Below, piece by piece: positions 18,481 to 30,156 of a stretch of 32,000 nt of DNA (position 1 is its first letter; every line of letters starts with the position of its first letter). Source of the DNA: Candidatus Saccharimonadota bacterium (GTDB lineage Bacteria > Pseudomonadota > Gammaproteobacteria > Burkholderiales > Burkholderiaceae). Both the position numbers and the translations under genes were made by a program. The notes beneath the pieces are model-generated. The model did not search any database. It saw nothing but the letters and a program-made list of their open reading frames with translations, and was not told the origin of the DNA. The stretch covers positions 1 to 32,000 of the forward strand of contig NZ_AP023215.1 of NCBI RefSeq assembly GCF_016593155.1, given 5' to 3'.

Positions 18481-19186
18481 ACGTACTAAACGTACTAATA
18501 AACATAAATTAAAACATAAATTAAAGTTTGATAAAAATAAAATATATTCTTTTGATAACGCTATTACTTTAATTAAAGAAGCAGCGATCGCAAAATTTGA
18601 TGAATCAATTGATGTTTCAATTCATTTAAATGTTGATATAAAAAGATCTGATCAAATAGTTCGTGGTTCAATTGTGTTACCATTTAGTACCGGTAAACGT
18701 ATTTATATTGCCGCGTTTGTTCCTGAAGAAAAATTTGAACAAGCTAAAATGGCTGGAGCTGATATTGTTGGAATGGAAGACTTGGCTCAAAAAATTAAAT
18801 CCAATGAAGTGTCCTGTAATGTAGTAATTGCTTCCCCTGAAAGTATGCATGTAGTTAGTTCTTTGGGTCAAATTCTTGGACCAAAAGGTTTAATGCCAAA
18901 TATAAAAGATGGTACATTGAGTTCTGATATTTTAACTGCAATTAAAAACGCAAAATTAGGACAAATTCGATATCGTATGGATAAATCTGGAATTATTCAT
19001 GCTGCAATTGGTCGAAAATCGTTTTGTAATGAAAATATAAAATCTAATATTTTAGCATTGATTAATATTTTAAATGAAAATAAATCTTCAACCAATAAAA
19101 ATATATATATTCGAAAAATATATTTATCCTCTACAATGGGTATTGGTGTGCGAGTTGATTTTAATGAGAATAAAATTATTAATTAA
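18464..19186 (+). CDS. rplA: 50S ribosomal protein L1
   Basis: [56 protein letters not shown]. 240 aa. The N-terminus contains two small tandem duplications. Confidence 0.95.
   Translation: MKKLSKRTKRTNKHKLKHKLKFDKNKIYSFDNAITLIKEAAIAKFDESIDVSIHLNVDIKRSDQIVRGSIVLPFSTGKRIYIAAFVPEEKFEQAKMAGADIVGMEDLAQKIKSNEVSCNVVIASPESMHVVSSLGQILGPKGLMPNIKDGTLSSDILTAIKNAKLGQIRYRMDKSGIIHAAIGRKSFCNENIKSNILALINILNENKSSTNKNIYIRKIYLSSTMGIGVRVDFNENKIIN
18481..18523 (+). repeat. rplA: Two adjacent perfect in-frame tandem duplications in rplA (acgtactaa x2 at 18481-18498; aaacataaatta x2 at 18500-18523)
   Basis: Read directly. They encode [15 protein letters not shown] and add about 7 residues to the L1 N-terminus. 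Confidence 0.9.
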
Positions 19187-19290
19187 TTAAAATAATCAAT
19201 ATAACGATATAAATAATAATTATATAAATAAATAAATTTAATAAAAATTAATATATTAAAATTAATTAATATAATTTATTTTAAAATTAA

Positions 19291-19299
19291 TGGTATAAT
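19291..19299 (+). promoter_or_regulatory. Possible extended -10 promoter element (TGGTATAAT) upstream of rplJ
   Basis: A TGnTATAAT match lies about 190 bp upstream of rplJ, where E. coli has the L10 promoter and leader. There is no good -35. The chance expectation is high in A+T-rich DNA. Confidence 0.25.
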
Positions 19300-19484
19300 G
19301 AAAATTAAAATTTTTTTTTTAAATTCAATTCTAACAAAATAAACGCATAATACATTTAATTAAAAAAATAATTTATTTATTATTATTTTTTTAAAGTGTA
19401 AAATAATTATATTTTTAAATAAAACTTAATGAATTATAAAATTAATTTTATTGTTGAATTTTAGCATTATTCTGGAGGTTAATT

Positions 19485-19967
19485 TTGAGTCCTGATTTGA
19501 ATGATAAAAAATCTATTATTAAAGAAGTTTCTGATCAAGTAGCCAATTCACAAATAATTATTTTATCTGAATATTCTGGCATTAAAGTGAATCAATTAAC
19601 AAAATTACGCGAAAAAGCACGAAAAAAAAATTTATATTTACGTGTTTTAAAAAACACTCTTGCTCGTCGTATTTTTAAAAATACTATTTTTTCTAATTTA
19701 TCTTCTGAGCTATATGGTCAATTAATTTATTTAATATCTAATGATATTATTAAATCAGCTAAAGTTATTAATGATTTTTCTAAAAATAACGAAAAACTTA
19801 CTATTAGAATCGGGAATTTTTCTGGAAATTTGCTTGATAAAAAAACTATAATTAAATTGGCGAATATTCCAACTAAAAAAGTTTTATTAACTCAATTATT
19901 AAAAATAATATTTTTTCCTATTTCTAGTTTTATATATGGATTATCTATTGTTTCTAAAAAAAAATAA
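19485..19967 (+). CDS. rplJ: 50S ribosomal protein L10
   Basis: TTG start preceded by ggagg. 160 aa. LRVLKNTLARR is characteristic of L10. Position before rplL fits. Confidence 0.9.
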   Translation: MSPDLNDKKSIIKEVSDQVANSQIIILSEYSGIKVNQLTKLREKARKKNLYLRVLKNTLARRIFKNTIFSNLSSELYGQLIYLISNDIIKSAKVINDFSKNNEKLTIRIGNFSGNLLDKKTIIKLANIPTKKVLLTQLLKIIFFPISSFIYGLSIVSKKK

Positions 19968-20072
19968 ATTTTTTAAATATGTATTAAAATAATAATATTA
20001 AATTATATTTAATTGTATATAATAATTAACTTCCATAAAACATAATTTTAAAAATATTTAGGGAGTTTTTCG

Positions 20073-20450
20073 ATGACAATTAGTAAAGATGAGATTTTAA
20101 AAGCTATTAGTAACTTAACAGTATTAGAATTAAATGATCTAGTCAAAGCATTTGAAAAAAAATTTGGAGTATCAGCTACCGCAATAACCTCTAATAATTC
20201 TAGTGCAGCGTCTTCCGTCGATATTCCAGTAAAAGAACAAACAGAATTTACGGTTACGTTAAATAGTTTTGGAACAAATAAAGTTAGCGTAATTAAAATT
20301 GTACGTGAAATTACTGGATTAGGTTTAAAAGAGGCTAAAAATTTAGTTGATTCTGCCCCTAAAGAAATTAAAGAAGGAATTACTAAGGAAGCCGCTGAAG
20401 CAATTAAGAAAAAATTAGAAGAGGTTGGAGCAAAAATAGAAATTAAATAA
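20073..20450 (+). CDS. rplL: 50S ribosomal protein L7/L12
   Basis: [17 protein letters not shown] and [53 protein letters not shown] agggag lies upstream. Confidence 0.97.
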   Translation: MTISKDEILKAISNLTVLELNDLVKAFEKKFGVSATAITSNNSSAASSVDIPVKEQTEFTVTLNSFGTNKVSVIKIVREITGLGLKEAKNLVDSAPKEIKEGITKEAAEAIKKKLEEVGAKIEIK

Positions 20451-20650
20451 TTTTGAAAAATTATTTAATTAATTTATTTATTTTTTATACAGTAATTTAA
20501 CTTTTTATTTTTCTTAAATAATTATTTTAAAAACATATTTATTAATCTAATAGGATATTTTTAAAATTTTAAGAAAATAAAATATTTATTAAAAATAATA
20601 TTTTTATCTTAAATTTTTATTTTATCTTATTTTTACTTCACAGAGTGTTC

Positions 20651-23600
20651 ATGCAGTATTCATTCACCGAGAAGAAGCGTATTCGTAAATCTTTTGCAAA
20701 ACGTCCTGATGTTCATAGCGTCCCCTTTTTACTGATAACGCAATTAGAATCTTATTACAATTTTTTACAAGCAGATATTATACCATCTAATCGCAAAAAT
20801 GAAGGTTTAGAGGCTGCGTTTAGATCCATATTTCCTATTCATACCAGTTTAGCTCGTTTAGAATTTTTTTCATATACATTAAGTTCACCATTATTTGATG
20901 TAAAAGAATGTAAAAAACGTGGTCTAACATTTGCTTCATCATTACGTGTTAGAATGCGTTTAGTAATTTTAGATAAAGAATCACCTAAACTTATTATTAA
21001 AGAAATAAAAGAACAAGAAGTTTACATGGGTGAACTTCCTTTAATGACTAAAACTGGGTCTTTTATTATTAATGGAACAGAACGTGTTGTTGTTTCTCAA
21101 TTACATCGTTCACCCGGTGTATTTTTTGAGCATGATCGAGGAAAAACACATTCTTCAGGAAAATTATTATTTTCAGCGAGAATTATTCCTTATCGTGGGT
21201 CATGGTTAGATTTTGAATTTGATCCTAAAGATATTTTATTTTTTCGTATTGATCGCAGAAGAAAAATACCTATAACAGTTTTATTAAAAGCTATTGGTAT
21301 GACATCTGAGCAAATTTTATTATATTTTTTTTCTTTTGATAATTTTACTTTACACGCTATTAGTGGTGCTAGTATGAATTTTGTGGCTGAACACCTTCGT
21401 GGCGAAGTAGTGCGTTTTAATATTACTGATAAAAACGGACAGATAATTGTTCCTAAAAATAAAAGAATAAATTATAAACATATACGTCAAATTGAAAGTT
21501 TTGATATAAAAAAAATTTTAGTTCCAGAAAATTATTTAGTTGGAAAGGTTTTAGCTAGAAATATTATTAATCACGAAAATAATGAAGTTATTGCCTCTGC
21601 TAATGATGAAATCACGGAAGAATTATTATATAATTTTCGTAAAAAAAATATCTTTAATATAGAAACGTTATATACTAATGACTTAGATCATGGTTCATAT
21701 ATTTCACAAACATTAGCTATTGATGATGTAAAAGATCAAATAACAGCTAAAACCTTTATTTATCGCACAATTCGTCCAGGAGAGCCGCCGACAGAAGATT
21801 CAGTTAATGCATTGTTTAATAATTTATTTTATGATGAAGATAGGTATGATTTATCTGTTGTTGGTCGTATGAAATTTAATCGCAGAATTGGATGTAAAAA
21901 ATTATATGGAAAAATGACTCTATCTAATAGCGATATATTAAATGTTATTAAAATATTAGTAGAACTACGTAATGGGCGTGGAGAAATTGATGATATTGAT
22001 CATTTAGGAAATCGTCGTGTACGTTGTGTTGGAGAATTAGTGGAAAATCAATTTCGATCTGGTTTATTAAAAGTAGAACGAGCAGTTAAAGAGCGATTAA
22101 CTCAATCAGAAATTGAAAATTTAATGCCACATGATTTAATTAATTCTAAACCAATTGCATCTGTTATTCGTGAATTTTTTGGATCATCACAGTTATCTCA
22201 ATTTATGGATCAAACTAATACTCTTTCAGAAATTACTCATAAGCGTCGTATATCAGCTTTAGGTCCTGGAGGATTAACTCGTGAACGCGCTGGTTTTGAG
22301 GTACGCGATGTGCACCCAACACATTATGGTCGCGTTTGTCCAATTGAAACACCAGAGGGACCAAATATTGGTTTAATTAATTCTCTTGCGTTATATGCAC
22401 GTTTAAATAAATATGGTTTTCTTGAAACTCCTTATCGTAGAATTGAAAATAACAGGATTACTAATCATGTTGATTATCTTTCCGCAATTGAAGAAGGGGA
22501 TTATGTCATTGCTCAAGCAAATACTTCCTTTGATAGTTATGGTTTATTAATTGATGAATTAGTATATGCTCGTGTAGCTAGTGAAACTATTTTAGTTTCT
22601 TCAGAAAGAGTACAATACGTAGATGTGGCGCCCGGGCAAATTGTTTCTGTTGCAGCCTCATTGATTCCATTTTTAGAACATGATGACGCAAATAGAGCAT
22701 TAATGGGGGCCAATATGCAAAGACAAGCAGTTCCTTGTATAAAACCTCAAAAGGCATTAATTGGTACGGGAATTGAGCGTATTGTTGCAATTGATTCTGG
22801 TAACACTGTACAAGCATTACGAGGTGGAGTAGTTAATTATGTTGATTCTACGAGAATAGTGATTCGTGTCAATGATAATGAAACAAAAATTGGAGATGTT
22901 GGGGTTGATATTTATAATTTAACTAAGTATATACGATCTAATCAAAATACTAATATTAATCAACGACCTATTGTTAAAATAGGAGATTGCGTTAGTAAAC
23001 ATGATGTTATTGCTGATGGCACATCAACTGATTTAGGGGAATTGGCTTTAGGTCAAAATATGTTAGTTGCATTTATGCCATGGAACGGTTATAACTTTGA
23101 AGATTCAATTTTAATTTCCGAAAGAGTTGTTTCTAATGATTACTATACCTCAATTCATATTGAAGAACTTTCTGTAGTAGCTCGTGATACTAAATTAGGA
23201 TTAGAAGAAATTACTAGAGATATTTCTAGTTTATCGGAAAGTCAATTATCATGTTTAGATAATTCTGGTATTATTTATATTGGATCAGAAGTTGTAACAG
23301 GAGATATATTAGTTGGAAAAGTTACACCAAAAGGTGAAACACAGCTTACACCAGAAGAAAAATTATTACGTGCAATTTTTGGTGAAAAAGCATCTGATGT
23401 AAAAGATACCTCTCTTAGAGTTCCAGCTGGAATTTTAGGTACTGTTATTGATATACAAATATTTACACATGAAGGAATTGTTCGTGATTCTCGTGCACAA
23501 CAAATTATTAATGATGAATTACAAAATTATGATATTAATTTAAAGAATCAATTACGAATTGTTGAGAATGATATATTTCAACGTCTAGAAAAAGTATTGA

Positions 23601-24745
23601 TCGGTAAAATTATTTATAAAACTATAGATACAGAAAAAGAAATTAAAATTACTAAATCATATTTAGATAACTTAGATAAATTTGATTGGTTTGATATTTA
23701 TGTAGATGATGATACAAAATTTTTTTTAAAAAAAATTAAAAAATCAATTTTAGAAAGACGTAAAAAGTTTGATTTAGCGTTTAAGGAAAAAAAAAGAAAA
23801 TTAATACAAGGCGACGAATTACCTCCTGGTGTTCAGAAAATGGTTAAAGTTTATTTGGCCGTAAAAAGACGCTTGCAACCTGGAGATAAAATGTCTGGTA
23901 GACATGGTAATAAAGGTGTAGTTTCACGTATATTACCGATTGAAGATATGCCTTATATGGCAGATGGAACTTCAGTTGATATTGTTTTAAATCCATTAGG
24001 TGTACCTTCTCGTATGAATATTGGTCAAATTTTAGAAGTTCATTTAGGTTGGGCATCCAGAGGATTAGGATTACGTTTAGATAAAATGTTAAAAGAAAAA
24101 GCTGATATTATTAAAATACGTAAATTTCTTGATAAAATTTATAATGAATCTGGAAAAAGAGAAGAATTAGATAGTTTAAATGATAAAGAAATTATGTCTT
24201 TAGTCGAAAACTTAAAGATCGGTGTACCATTTTCTACTCCAGTATTTGATGGGGCACATGAGTTAGAAATTCGACGCATGTTAGATTTAGCTTATCCCGA
24301 TAAAATTTCTAAAAAATTAGGCATGACACCATCAAAAAATCAAATAATTATGTATGATGGGCGCACAGGAGAAGCTTTTGATCGCGCTGTAACTGTAGGT
24401 TATATGCATTACTTAAAATTAAATCATTTAGTTGATGATAAAATGCATGCTCGTTCAACAGGTCCATATTCTTTAGTCACTCAACAGCCTTTAGGTGGAA
24501 AAGCTCAATTTGGTGGTCAACGATTTGGTGAAATGGAAGTATGGGCATTAGAGGCATATGGTGCATCATATATATTACAGGAAATGCTAACAGTAAAATC
24601 AGATGATGTAAATGGACGAACTAAAATTTATGAAAATTTAGTTAAAGGAGATTATGCGATTAATGCTGGTATGCCAGAATCCTTTAATGTATTAGTAAAA
24701 GAAATTCGATCTTTAGGAATTGATATTGATCTTGAAAAAGATTAA
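20651..24745 (+). CDS. rpoB: DNA-directed RNA polymerase subunit beta
   Basis: [17 protein letters not shown] matches the usual RpoB N-terminus, so ATG 20651 is preferred over the track's GTG at 20645. The RpoB motifs are present ([39 protein letters not shown]). Confidence 0.97.
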   Translation: MQYSFTEKKRIRKSFAKRPDVHSVPFLLITQLESYYNFLQADIIPSNRKNEGLEAAFRSIFPIHTSLARLEFFSYTLSSPLFDVKECKKRGLTFASSLRVRMRLVILDKESPKLIIKEIKEQEVYMGELPLMTKTGSFIINGTERVVVSQLHRSPGVFFEHDRGKTHSSGKLLFSARIIPYRGSWLDFEFDPKDILFFRIDRRRKIPITVLLKAIGMTSEQILLYFFSFDNFTLHAISGASMNFVAEHLRGEVVRFNITDKNGQIIVPKNKRINYKHIRQIESFDIKKILVPENYLVGKVLARNIINHENNEVIASANDEITEELLYNFRKKNIFNIETLYTNDLDHGSYISQTLAIDDVKDQITAKTFIYRTIRPGEPPTEDSVNALFNNLFYDEDRYDLSVVGRMKFNRRIGCKKLYGKMTLSNSDILNVIKILVELRNGRGEIDDIDHLGNRRVRCVGELVENQFRSGLLKVERAVKERLTQSEIENLMPHDLINSKPIASVIREFFGSSQLSQFMDQTNTLSEITHKRRISALGPGGLTRERAGFEVRDVHPTHYGRVCPIETPEGPNIGLINSLALYARLNKYGFLETPYRRIENNRITNHVDYLSAIEEGDYVIAQANTSFDSYGLLIDELVYARVASETILVSSERVQYVDVAPGQIVSVAASLIPFLEHDDANRALMGANMQRQAVPCIKPQKALIGTGIERIVAIDSGNTVQALRGGVVNYVDSTRIVIRVNDNETKIGDVGVDIYNLTKYIRSNQNTNINQRPIVKIGDCVSKHDVIADGTSTDLGELALGQNMLVAFMPWNGYNFEDSILISERVVSNDYYTSIHIEELSVVARDTKLGLEEITRDISSLSESQLSCLDNSGIIYIGSEVVTGDILVGKVTPKGETQLTPEEKLLRAIFGEKASDVKDTSLRVPAGILGTVIDIQIFTHEGIVRDSRAQQIINDELQNYDINLKNQLRIVENDIFQRLEKVLIGKIIYKTIDTEKEIKITKSYLDNLDKFDWFDIYVDDDTKFFLKKIKKSILERRKKFDLAFKEKKRKLIQGDELPPGVQKMVKVYLAVKRRLQPGDKMSGRHGNKGVVSRILPIEDMPYMADGTSVDIVLNPLGVPSRMNIGQILEVHLGWASRGLGLRLDKMLKEKADIIKIRKFLDKIYNESGKREELDSLNDKEIMSLVENLKIGVPFSTPVFDGAHELEIRRMLDLAYPDKISKKLGMTPSKNQIIMYDGRTGEAFDRAVTVGYMHYLKLNHLVDDKMHARSTGPYSLVTQQPLGGKAQFGGQRFGEMEVWALEAYGASYILQEMLTVKSDDVNGRTKIYENLVKGDYAINAGMPESFNVLVKEIRSLGIDIDLEKD

Positions 24746-24819
24746 TTCATAACTTTTATTTTCAATATTTAATCTATATTTATAAAATTTAAATTTTTTA
24801 CATTTATTGGAAATGATAT

Positions 24820-27800
24820 ATGAAGGCATTACTTGATTTATTTAAACAAATTCATCAAACTGAACAATTCAATGCGATAAAAATTAGTCTCGCGTCCCCA
24901 GAAAAAATTAGATCTTGGTCTTATGGTGAAGTTAAAAAACCAGAAACCATTAATTATCGTACATTTAAACCAGAACGAGATGGTTTATTTTGTTCTAAAA
25001 TTTTTGGCCCTGTTAAAGATTATGAATGTTTATGTGGAAAATATAAAAGATTAAAATATCGTGGAGTTATTTGTGAAAAATGTGGTGTTGAGGTTACTTT
25101 ATCTAAAGTTCGTCGTGAACGTATGGGGCATATTGAACTTGCATCTCCTACCGCTCATATTTGGTTTTTAAAATCATTACCATCTCGTTTAGGTATGGTG
25201 CTTGATATGACGTTACGCGATATTGAAAGAGTGTTATACTTTGAGGCTTATGTTGTAACAGATCCAGGTATTACTCCTCTAAAAAAAAGTCAAATTTTAT
25301 CAGAGGAAAATTATTTTACTAAATATGAAGAGTATGGTAATAAATTTACAGCATTAATGGGAGCGGAGGGTATTCGCGATTTATTACGCTCAATAGATAT
25401 TGATCATGATATAGAAATTTTAAGAAAAAATTTAAAGGAATTAAAATCTGAAGTTAAAATTCAAAAATATGCAAAACGATTAAAAGTATTAGAGGCATTT
25501 CAACGTTCTGGAATTAAACCAGAATGGATGATTATAGAGGTATTACCTGTACTTCCTCCAGAATTGAGACCATTGGTTCCTTTAGATGTTGGTCGTTTTG
25601 CAACTTCTGATTTAAATGATTTATATAGACGTTTTATTAATCGTAATAATCGTTTAAAGCGTTTAATAGAATTACGGGCACCAGAAATTATTACACGTAA
25701 TGAAAAGAGAATGTTACAGGAAGCAACTGATGCTTTATTAGATAATGGTAGACGAGGTAAAATAATGACGGGAGCTAATAAACGCCCATTAAAATCTTTA
25801 GCTGAAATGATTAAAGGTAAAGGAGGACGTTTTCGTCAAAATTTATTAGGAAAACGTGTAGATTATTCTGGTCGCTCTGTAATTGTTGTAGGTCCTCAAT
25901 TAAAGTTACATCAATGTGGTTTACCAAAATTAATGGCATTAGAATTATTTAAACCATTTATTTTTAATAAACTTGAATTATTGCAATTATCCAGCACTAT
26001 AAAAGCGGCAAAAAAATTTGTTGAGTCACAAGAACCAATAGTTTGGGATATTTTAGAAGAAATAATTCATGAACATCCGATTATGTTAAATCGTGCACCA
26101 ACATTACATCGTCTTGGTATTCAAGCATTTGAACCAGTATTAATTGAGGGAAAGGCAATTCAATTACATCCTTTAGTTTGCGCTGCTTTTAATGCTGATT
26201 TTGATGGTGATCAAATGGCGGTTCATGTACCATTATCTATTGAAGCGCAAATGGAAGCTCGTACATTAATGTTGGCATCAAATAATATTCTATTTCCATC
26301 AAATGGAGAGCCATCTATTGTGCCATCACAAGATATAGTATTAGGTTTATATTATGCAACACGCAAAAAAATTAATGGTAAAGGTGAAGGATTAATATTT
26401 TCGAATATTTTTGAAGTAATTCGTGCTTATGCCAATAATATAGTTGAATTATCTAGTCGAATTACCGTTCGTATTACCGAATATATAAAAAATGATATTA
26501 AAGATTCTATATTTAAAAAAATAACAAAACGTTATGAAACAACAGCGGGTCGTGCAATTTTATCTGAAATTCTTCCAAAAGGCCTATCATTTTCTTTATT
26601 AAATTGTACTTTAAAAAAAAAGAAAATTTCTAAATTAATTAATAATTCATTTAGAAAATGTGGGTTACAGGCCACAGTAATATTTGTTGATCAATTAATG
26701 CAATCAGGTTTTCATTTAGCGACACGCGCAGGAATTTCTATTTGTGTTGATGATATGTTAGTGCCCTCTCAAAAACCAGAAATTATTGCTTTTGCAGAAA
26801 AAGAAGTTAGACAAATAGAACAACAATATGCTTCAGGTTTAGTTACTTTTGGTGAGCGTTATAATAAGGTTATAGATATTTGGGGTAAAGCTGGAGATGA
26901 TATTAGTAAGGCAATGATGGATAAATTAAAAATAGAAAATATAATGAATAAAGATGGCACATATAGCACTCAAGAATCATTTAATACAATTTATATGATG
27001 GCTGATTCTGGGGCACGTGGTTCCGCCGCTCAAATTCGTCAATTAGCCGGTATACGTGGTTTAATGGCAAAACCAGATGGTTCTATAATTGAAACCCCAA
27101 TTACCGCTAATTTTAAAGATGGTTTGGATGTATTACAATACTTTATTTCAACACATGGTGCTCGTAAAGGTTTAGCTGATACCGCATTAAAAACTGCTAA
27201 TTCAGGTTATTTAACAAGAAGATTAGTTGATGTTACACAAGATTTAGTAATAATTAAAGAAGATTGTGGTACTTCTAATGGTGTTTTTATGAAAGCATTA
27301 ATTGAAGGAGGGGAGATAATTGAATCATTATGTGATCGTATTTTAGGAAGAGTAGCGTCTGATGATATAATTAATCCAGATACACAGATGATATTATATA
27401 AAAAAAATACCTTATTAGATGAAAATTGTGTTAGTGTAATTGAGAATCTTGGAATTGATGAGATAAAAATTCGTACACCATTAACATGTGATACACGATA
27501 TGGATTATGCGCCAACTGCTACGGAAGAGATTTAGGAAGAGGAGTAATAGTTGATATTGGTGAAGCAATCGGGGTCATTGCCGCTCAATCAATTGGTGAA
27601 CCTGGTACACAATTAACAATGCGTACTTTCCATATTGGAGGAGCAGTTTCACGCGCAATTATTGCTTCATCTATTGAAGCAAAATCAAATGGAATTATTC
27701 GTTTCACACCAACTATGCGTTACGTTATAAATAGTAAAAAAGAATCTATTGTAATTTCTCGTTCCGGGGAAATTATAATAGTTGATAATTATGAGCGTGA

Positions 27801-28953
27801 ACGTGAGAGACATAAAGTACCATATGGAGCAACTCTTATTATTAAAAATAATATATTTGTTAACGCTGGTATGATTATAGCAAAATGGGATCCTTTAACT
27901 CGCCCTATTATTACTGAATATTCTGGGATAATAAAATTTGAAAATGTAATAGAAGGATCAACTGTTGCTAAACAAATAGATGAAATTACTGGTTTATCTA
28001 CATTAGTAGTAATTGACGCAAAACGTCGTGGTTTAATTACGACAAAAATGTTACGCCCTCAAGTTAAATTATTAAATGAATACGGTAAAGAAATTAAAAT
28101 TCCCGGAACAGAACATTCAGTAACAATTACATTCCAAGTTGGGGCTTTATTGACTGTTAAAAATAATCAAAAAGTTACTGTTGGAGAAGTTCTCGCAAGA
28201 ATTCCTACTGAATCACAAAAAACTCGTGATATTACTGGTGGTTTACCTCGTGTTGCAGAATTATTTGAGGCTCGTTCACCAAAAGATTCCGGTATATTAG
28301 CGGAAGTAACTGGTACAGTTTCTTTTGGTAAAGAGACAAAAGGTAAGCAACGTCTGGAAATTACAGATATGGATGGAAAAAAACACGAGTTTATGATTTC
28401 TAAAGAAAAACAAATTCTTGTTCATGATGGGCAAGTAGTTAATAAGGGTGAAATGATTGTGGATGGACCTGCTAATCCTCAAGACATTCTTAGATTATTG
28501 GGTATTGAGGCACTATCTCGTTATATTGTTGATGAGGTTCAGGATGTATATCGATTACAAGGTGTTAAAATTAATGATAAACATATTGAGGTTATTGTAA
28601 GACAAATGTTACGTCGTGTACAAATAATTGACTCAGGAGACACTAATTATATTATTGGTGAACAAATTGAGCGCTCTGAATTGCTTGATGAAAACGATAG
28701 AGTATTATCTTTAAATAAAATTCCAGCAACATATGAAAATATATTATTAGGTATTACTAAGGCTTCATTATCAACTGATTCTTTTATTTCGGCTGCTTCT
28801 TTTCAAGAAACTACTCGTGTATTGACTGAGGCTGCTATAATGGGTAAGCGTGATAATTTACGTGGTTTAAAAGAGAATGTAATTGTAGGTCGTTTAATTC
28901 CAGCTGGAACTGGTTTAGAATTTAGGAAAGCTCATAAAAATAAAAATTTTTAA
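24820..28953 (+). CDS. rpoC: DNA-directed RNA polymerase subunit beta'
   Basis: Zn-binding [23 protein letters not shown], catalytic [12 protein letters not shown], and trigger-loop/bridge-helix regions. 1377 aa. Confidence 0.98.
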   Translation: MKALLDLFKQIHQTEQFNAIKISLASPEKIRSWSYGEVKKPETINYRTFKPERDGLFCSKIFGPVKDYECLCGKYKRLKYRGVICEKCGVEVTLSKVRRERMGHIELASPTAHIWFLKSLPSRLGMVLDMTLRDIERVLYFEAYVVTDPGITPLKKSQILSEENYFTKYEEYGNKFTALMGAEGIRDLLRSIDIDHDIEILRKNLKELKSEVKIQKYAKRLKVLEAFQRSGIKPEWMIIEVLPVLPPELRPLVPLDVGRFATSDLNDLYRRFINRNNRLKRLIELRAPEIITRNEKRMLQEATDALLDNGRRGKIMTGANKRPLKSLAEMIKGKGGRFRQNLLGKRVDYSGRSVIVVGPQLKLHQCGLPKLMALELFKPFIFNKLELLQLSSTIKAAKKFVESQEPIVWDILEEIIHEHPIMLNRAPTLHRLGIQAFEPVLIEGKAIQLHPLVCAAFNADFDGDQMAVHVPLSIEAQMEARTLMLASNNILFPSNGEPSIVPSQDIVLGLYYATRKKINGKGEGLIFSNIFEVIRAYANNIVELSSRITVRITEYIKNDIKDSIFKKITKRYETTAGRAILSEILPKGLSFSLLNCTLKKKKISKLINNSFRKCGLQATVIFVDQLMQSGFHLATRAGISICVDDMLVPSQKPEIIAFAEKEVRQIEQQYASGLVTFGERYNKVIDIWGKAGDDISKAMMDKLKIENIMNKDGTYSTQESFNTIYMMADSGARGSAAQIRQLAGIRGLMAKPDGSIIETPITANFKDGLDVLQYFISTHGARKGLADTALKTANSGYLTRRLVDVTQDLVIIKEDCGTSNGVFMKALIEGGEIIESLCDRILGRVASDDIINPDTQMILYKKNTLLDENCVSVIENLGIDEIKIRTPLTCDTRYGLCANCYGRDLGRGVIVDIGEAIGVIAAQSIGEPGTQLTMRTFHIGGAVSRAIIASSIEAKSNGIIRFTPTMRYVINSKKESIVISRSGEIIIVDNYERERERHKVPYGATLIIKNNIFVNAGMIIAKWDPLTRPIITEYSGIIKFENVIEGSTVAKQIDEITGLSTLVVIDAKRRGLITTKMLRPQVKLLNEYGKEIKIPGTEHSVTITFQVGALLTVKNNQKVTVGEVLARIPTESQKTRDITGGLPRVAELFEARSPKDSGILAEVTGTVSFGKETKGKQRLEITDMDGKKHEFMISKEKQILVHDGQVVNKGEMIVDGPANPQDILRLLGIEALSRYIVDEVQDVYRLQGVKINDKHIEVIVRQMLRRVQIIDSGDTNYIIGEQIERSELLDENDRVLSLNKIPATYENILLGITKASLSTDSFISAASFQETTRVLTEAAIMGKRDNLRGLKENVIVGRLIPAGTGLEFRKAHKNKNF

Positions 28954-29011
28954 TATATAAAATATAATTTTTTATATAAAATTTTGTATAAAAATGATGG
29001 TTTTTAAAATA

Positions 29012-29040
29012 TTGACTAGCTTACATTTAATGTGTATAAT
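29012..29040 (+). promoter_or_regulatory. Candidate sigma70 promoter of the rpsL-rpsG-fusA (str) operon (TTGACT-17 bp-TATAAT)
   Basis: -35 TTGACT at 29012-29017, a 17-bp spacer, and -10 TATAAT at 29035-29040, about 100 bp upstream of rpsL. It is the best promoter-like match I found in the window. Confidence 0.45.
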
Positions 29041-29141
29041 TCCACGTACTAGCTTTTTCTTAATATATAAAATAATTTTATTATTTTATATATTTAATTT
29101 TAAAAAATTTAATTAAACTTTGTTGGATGAGTAAAAATAAA

Positions 29142-29525
29142 ATGCCAACTATTAATCAATTAATTCGTAATCCGCGTATTTCTATGCGTACTAAAAGTAA
29201 GTCTCCTGCATTAGAAAATAGCCCACAAAAAAGAGGAGTGTGTACTCGTGTTTATACAACAACTCCTAAAAAACCTAATTCAGCACTTCGTAAGGTTGCT
29301 AAAGTTCGTTTAACTAATGGTTTTGAGGTAATTTCTTATATTGGAGGAGAGGGTCATAATTTACAAGAACATAGTGTTGTATTATTACGCGGTGGTCGTG
29401 TAAAAGATTTACCAGGTGTACGATATCACATGATTAGAGGAACATTGGACACGCAGGGTGTAAAAAATCGTAAACAAGCGCGCTCAAAATATGGCTCAAC
29501 CCGTACTAATTCTTCTAAAAAATAA
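29142..29525 (+). CDS. rpsL: 30S ribosomal protein S12
   Basis: [12 protein letters not shown] is the canonical S12 N-terminus. The track ORF begins 5 codons earlier (ATG 29127), which is probably an over-extension. [19 protein letters not shown] is present. Confidence 0.95.
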   Translation: MPTINQLIRNPRISMRTKSKSPALENSPQKRGVCTRVYTTTPKKPNSALRKVAKVRLTNGFEVISYIGGEGHNLQEHSVVLLRGGRVKDLPGVRYHMIRGTLDTQGVKNRKQARSKYGSTRTNSSKK

Positions 29526-29588
29526 AATTTAATGAAATTATAATAATATAATAATTTAAAATTTAAAAAATATAAAAAAGGAATCAAG

Positions 29589-30059
29589 ATGTCTCGTCGA
29601 AGAGAAATTACTAAAAGAGAGATTATGCCTGATCCAAAATTTAATAGTGTAGATGTAGCAAAATTTGTAAATGTTTTAATGTTATCAGGTAAAAAATCAG
29701 TTTCTGAGAGCATTATATATGGTGCATTTGATTATATTAAAGAAAAATCTGGTAAAGATCCATTAGAAGTATTTTTTTCAGCAGTTTCTAATTGTAAACC
29801 AGTTGTAGAAGTTAAATCTCGTCGAGTTGGTGGTGCTAATTATCAGGTTCCGGTTGAAGTTCGTCCTGTTCGTAGAATAGCATTATCAATGCGTTGGTTA
29901 CGAGAGGCGGCTAATAAGCGTAATGAAAAATCAATGCAACAACGCTTAGGAAGTGAATTGATGGAGGCATCAGAAAATAAGGGTAGCGCCATAAAACGAC
30001 GAGATGAAATTCATCGTATGGCTGAAGCTAATAAAGCATTTTCTCATTTTCGTTTTTAA
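29589..30059 (+). CDS. rpsG: 30S ribosomal protein S7
   Basis: [39 protein letters not shown]. 156 aa. SD aagga lies upstream. Confidence 0.97.
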   Translation: MSRRREITKREIMPDPKFNSVDVAKFVNVLMLSGKKSVSESIIYGAFDYIKEKSGKDPLEVFFSAVSNCKPVVEVKSRRVGGANYQVPVEVRPVRRIALSMRWLREAANKRNEKSMQQRLGSELMEASENKGSAIKRRDEIHRMAEANKAFSHFRF

Positions 30060-30156
30060 TATTTTAAAATTTATATAATATTTTTTAAAATATTTTTATT
30101 TTTATTATTTAAAATATATATCTTGTTTTATTGTACGAAATTTAGGATGAATTGTT

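Noticed and set aside
19343-19370. dif-like sequence (acgcataa-tacatt-taattaaaaa), reminiscent of the XerC arm GCGCATAA
   Set aside because: Only the left arm resembles dif. The central region and the normally best-conserved XerD arm do not match. The location inside a ribosomal-protein operon is implausible for a terminus site.
28954-28978. A/T-only hairpin (tatataaaa-loop-ttttatata) after rpoC as an intrinsic terminator
   Set aside because: The stem has no G/C pairs and is not followed by a T-run. Such palindromes are expected by chance at this composition (another example is aattttaattaaaatt at about 5243-5258).
29127-29141. Five-codon 5' extension of rpsL (MSKNK) and the GTG 20645 start of rpoB from the ORF track
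   Set aside because: The internal ATGs (29142 and 20651) reproduce the universally conserved N-termini MPTINQL and [15 protein letters not shown]. The longer versions are probably just the longest-ORF artefact.
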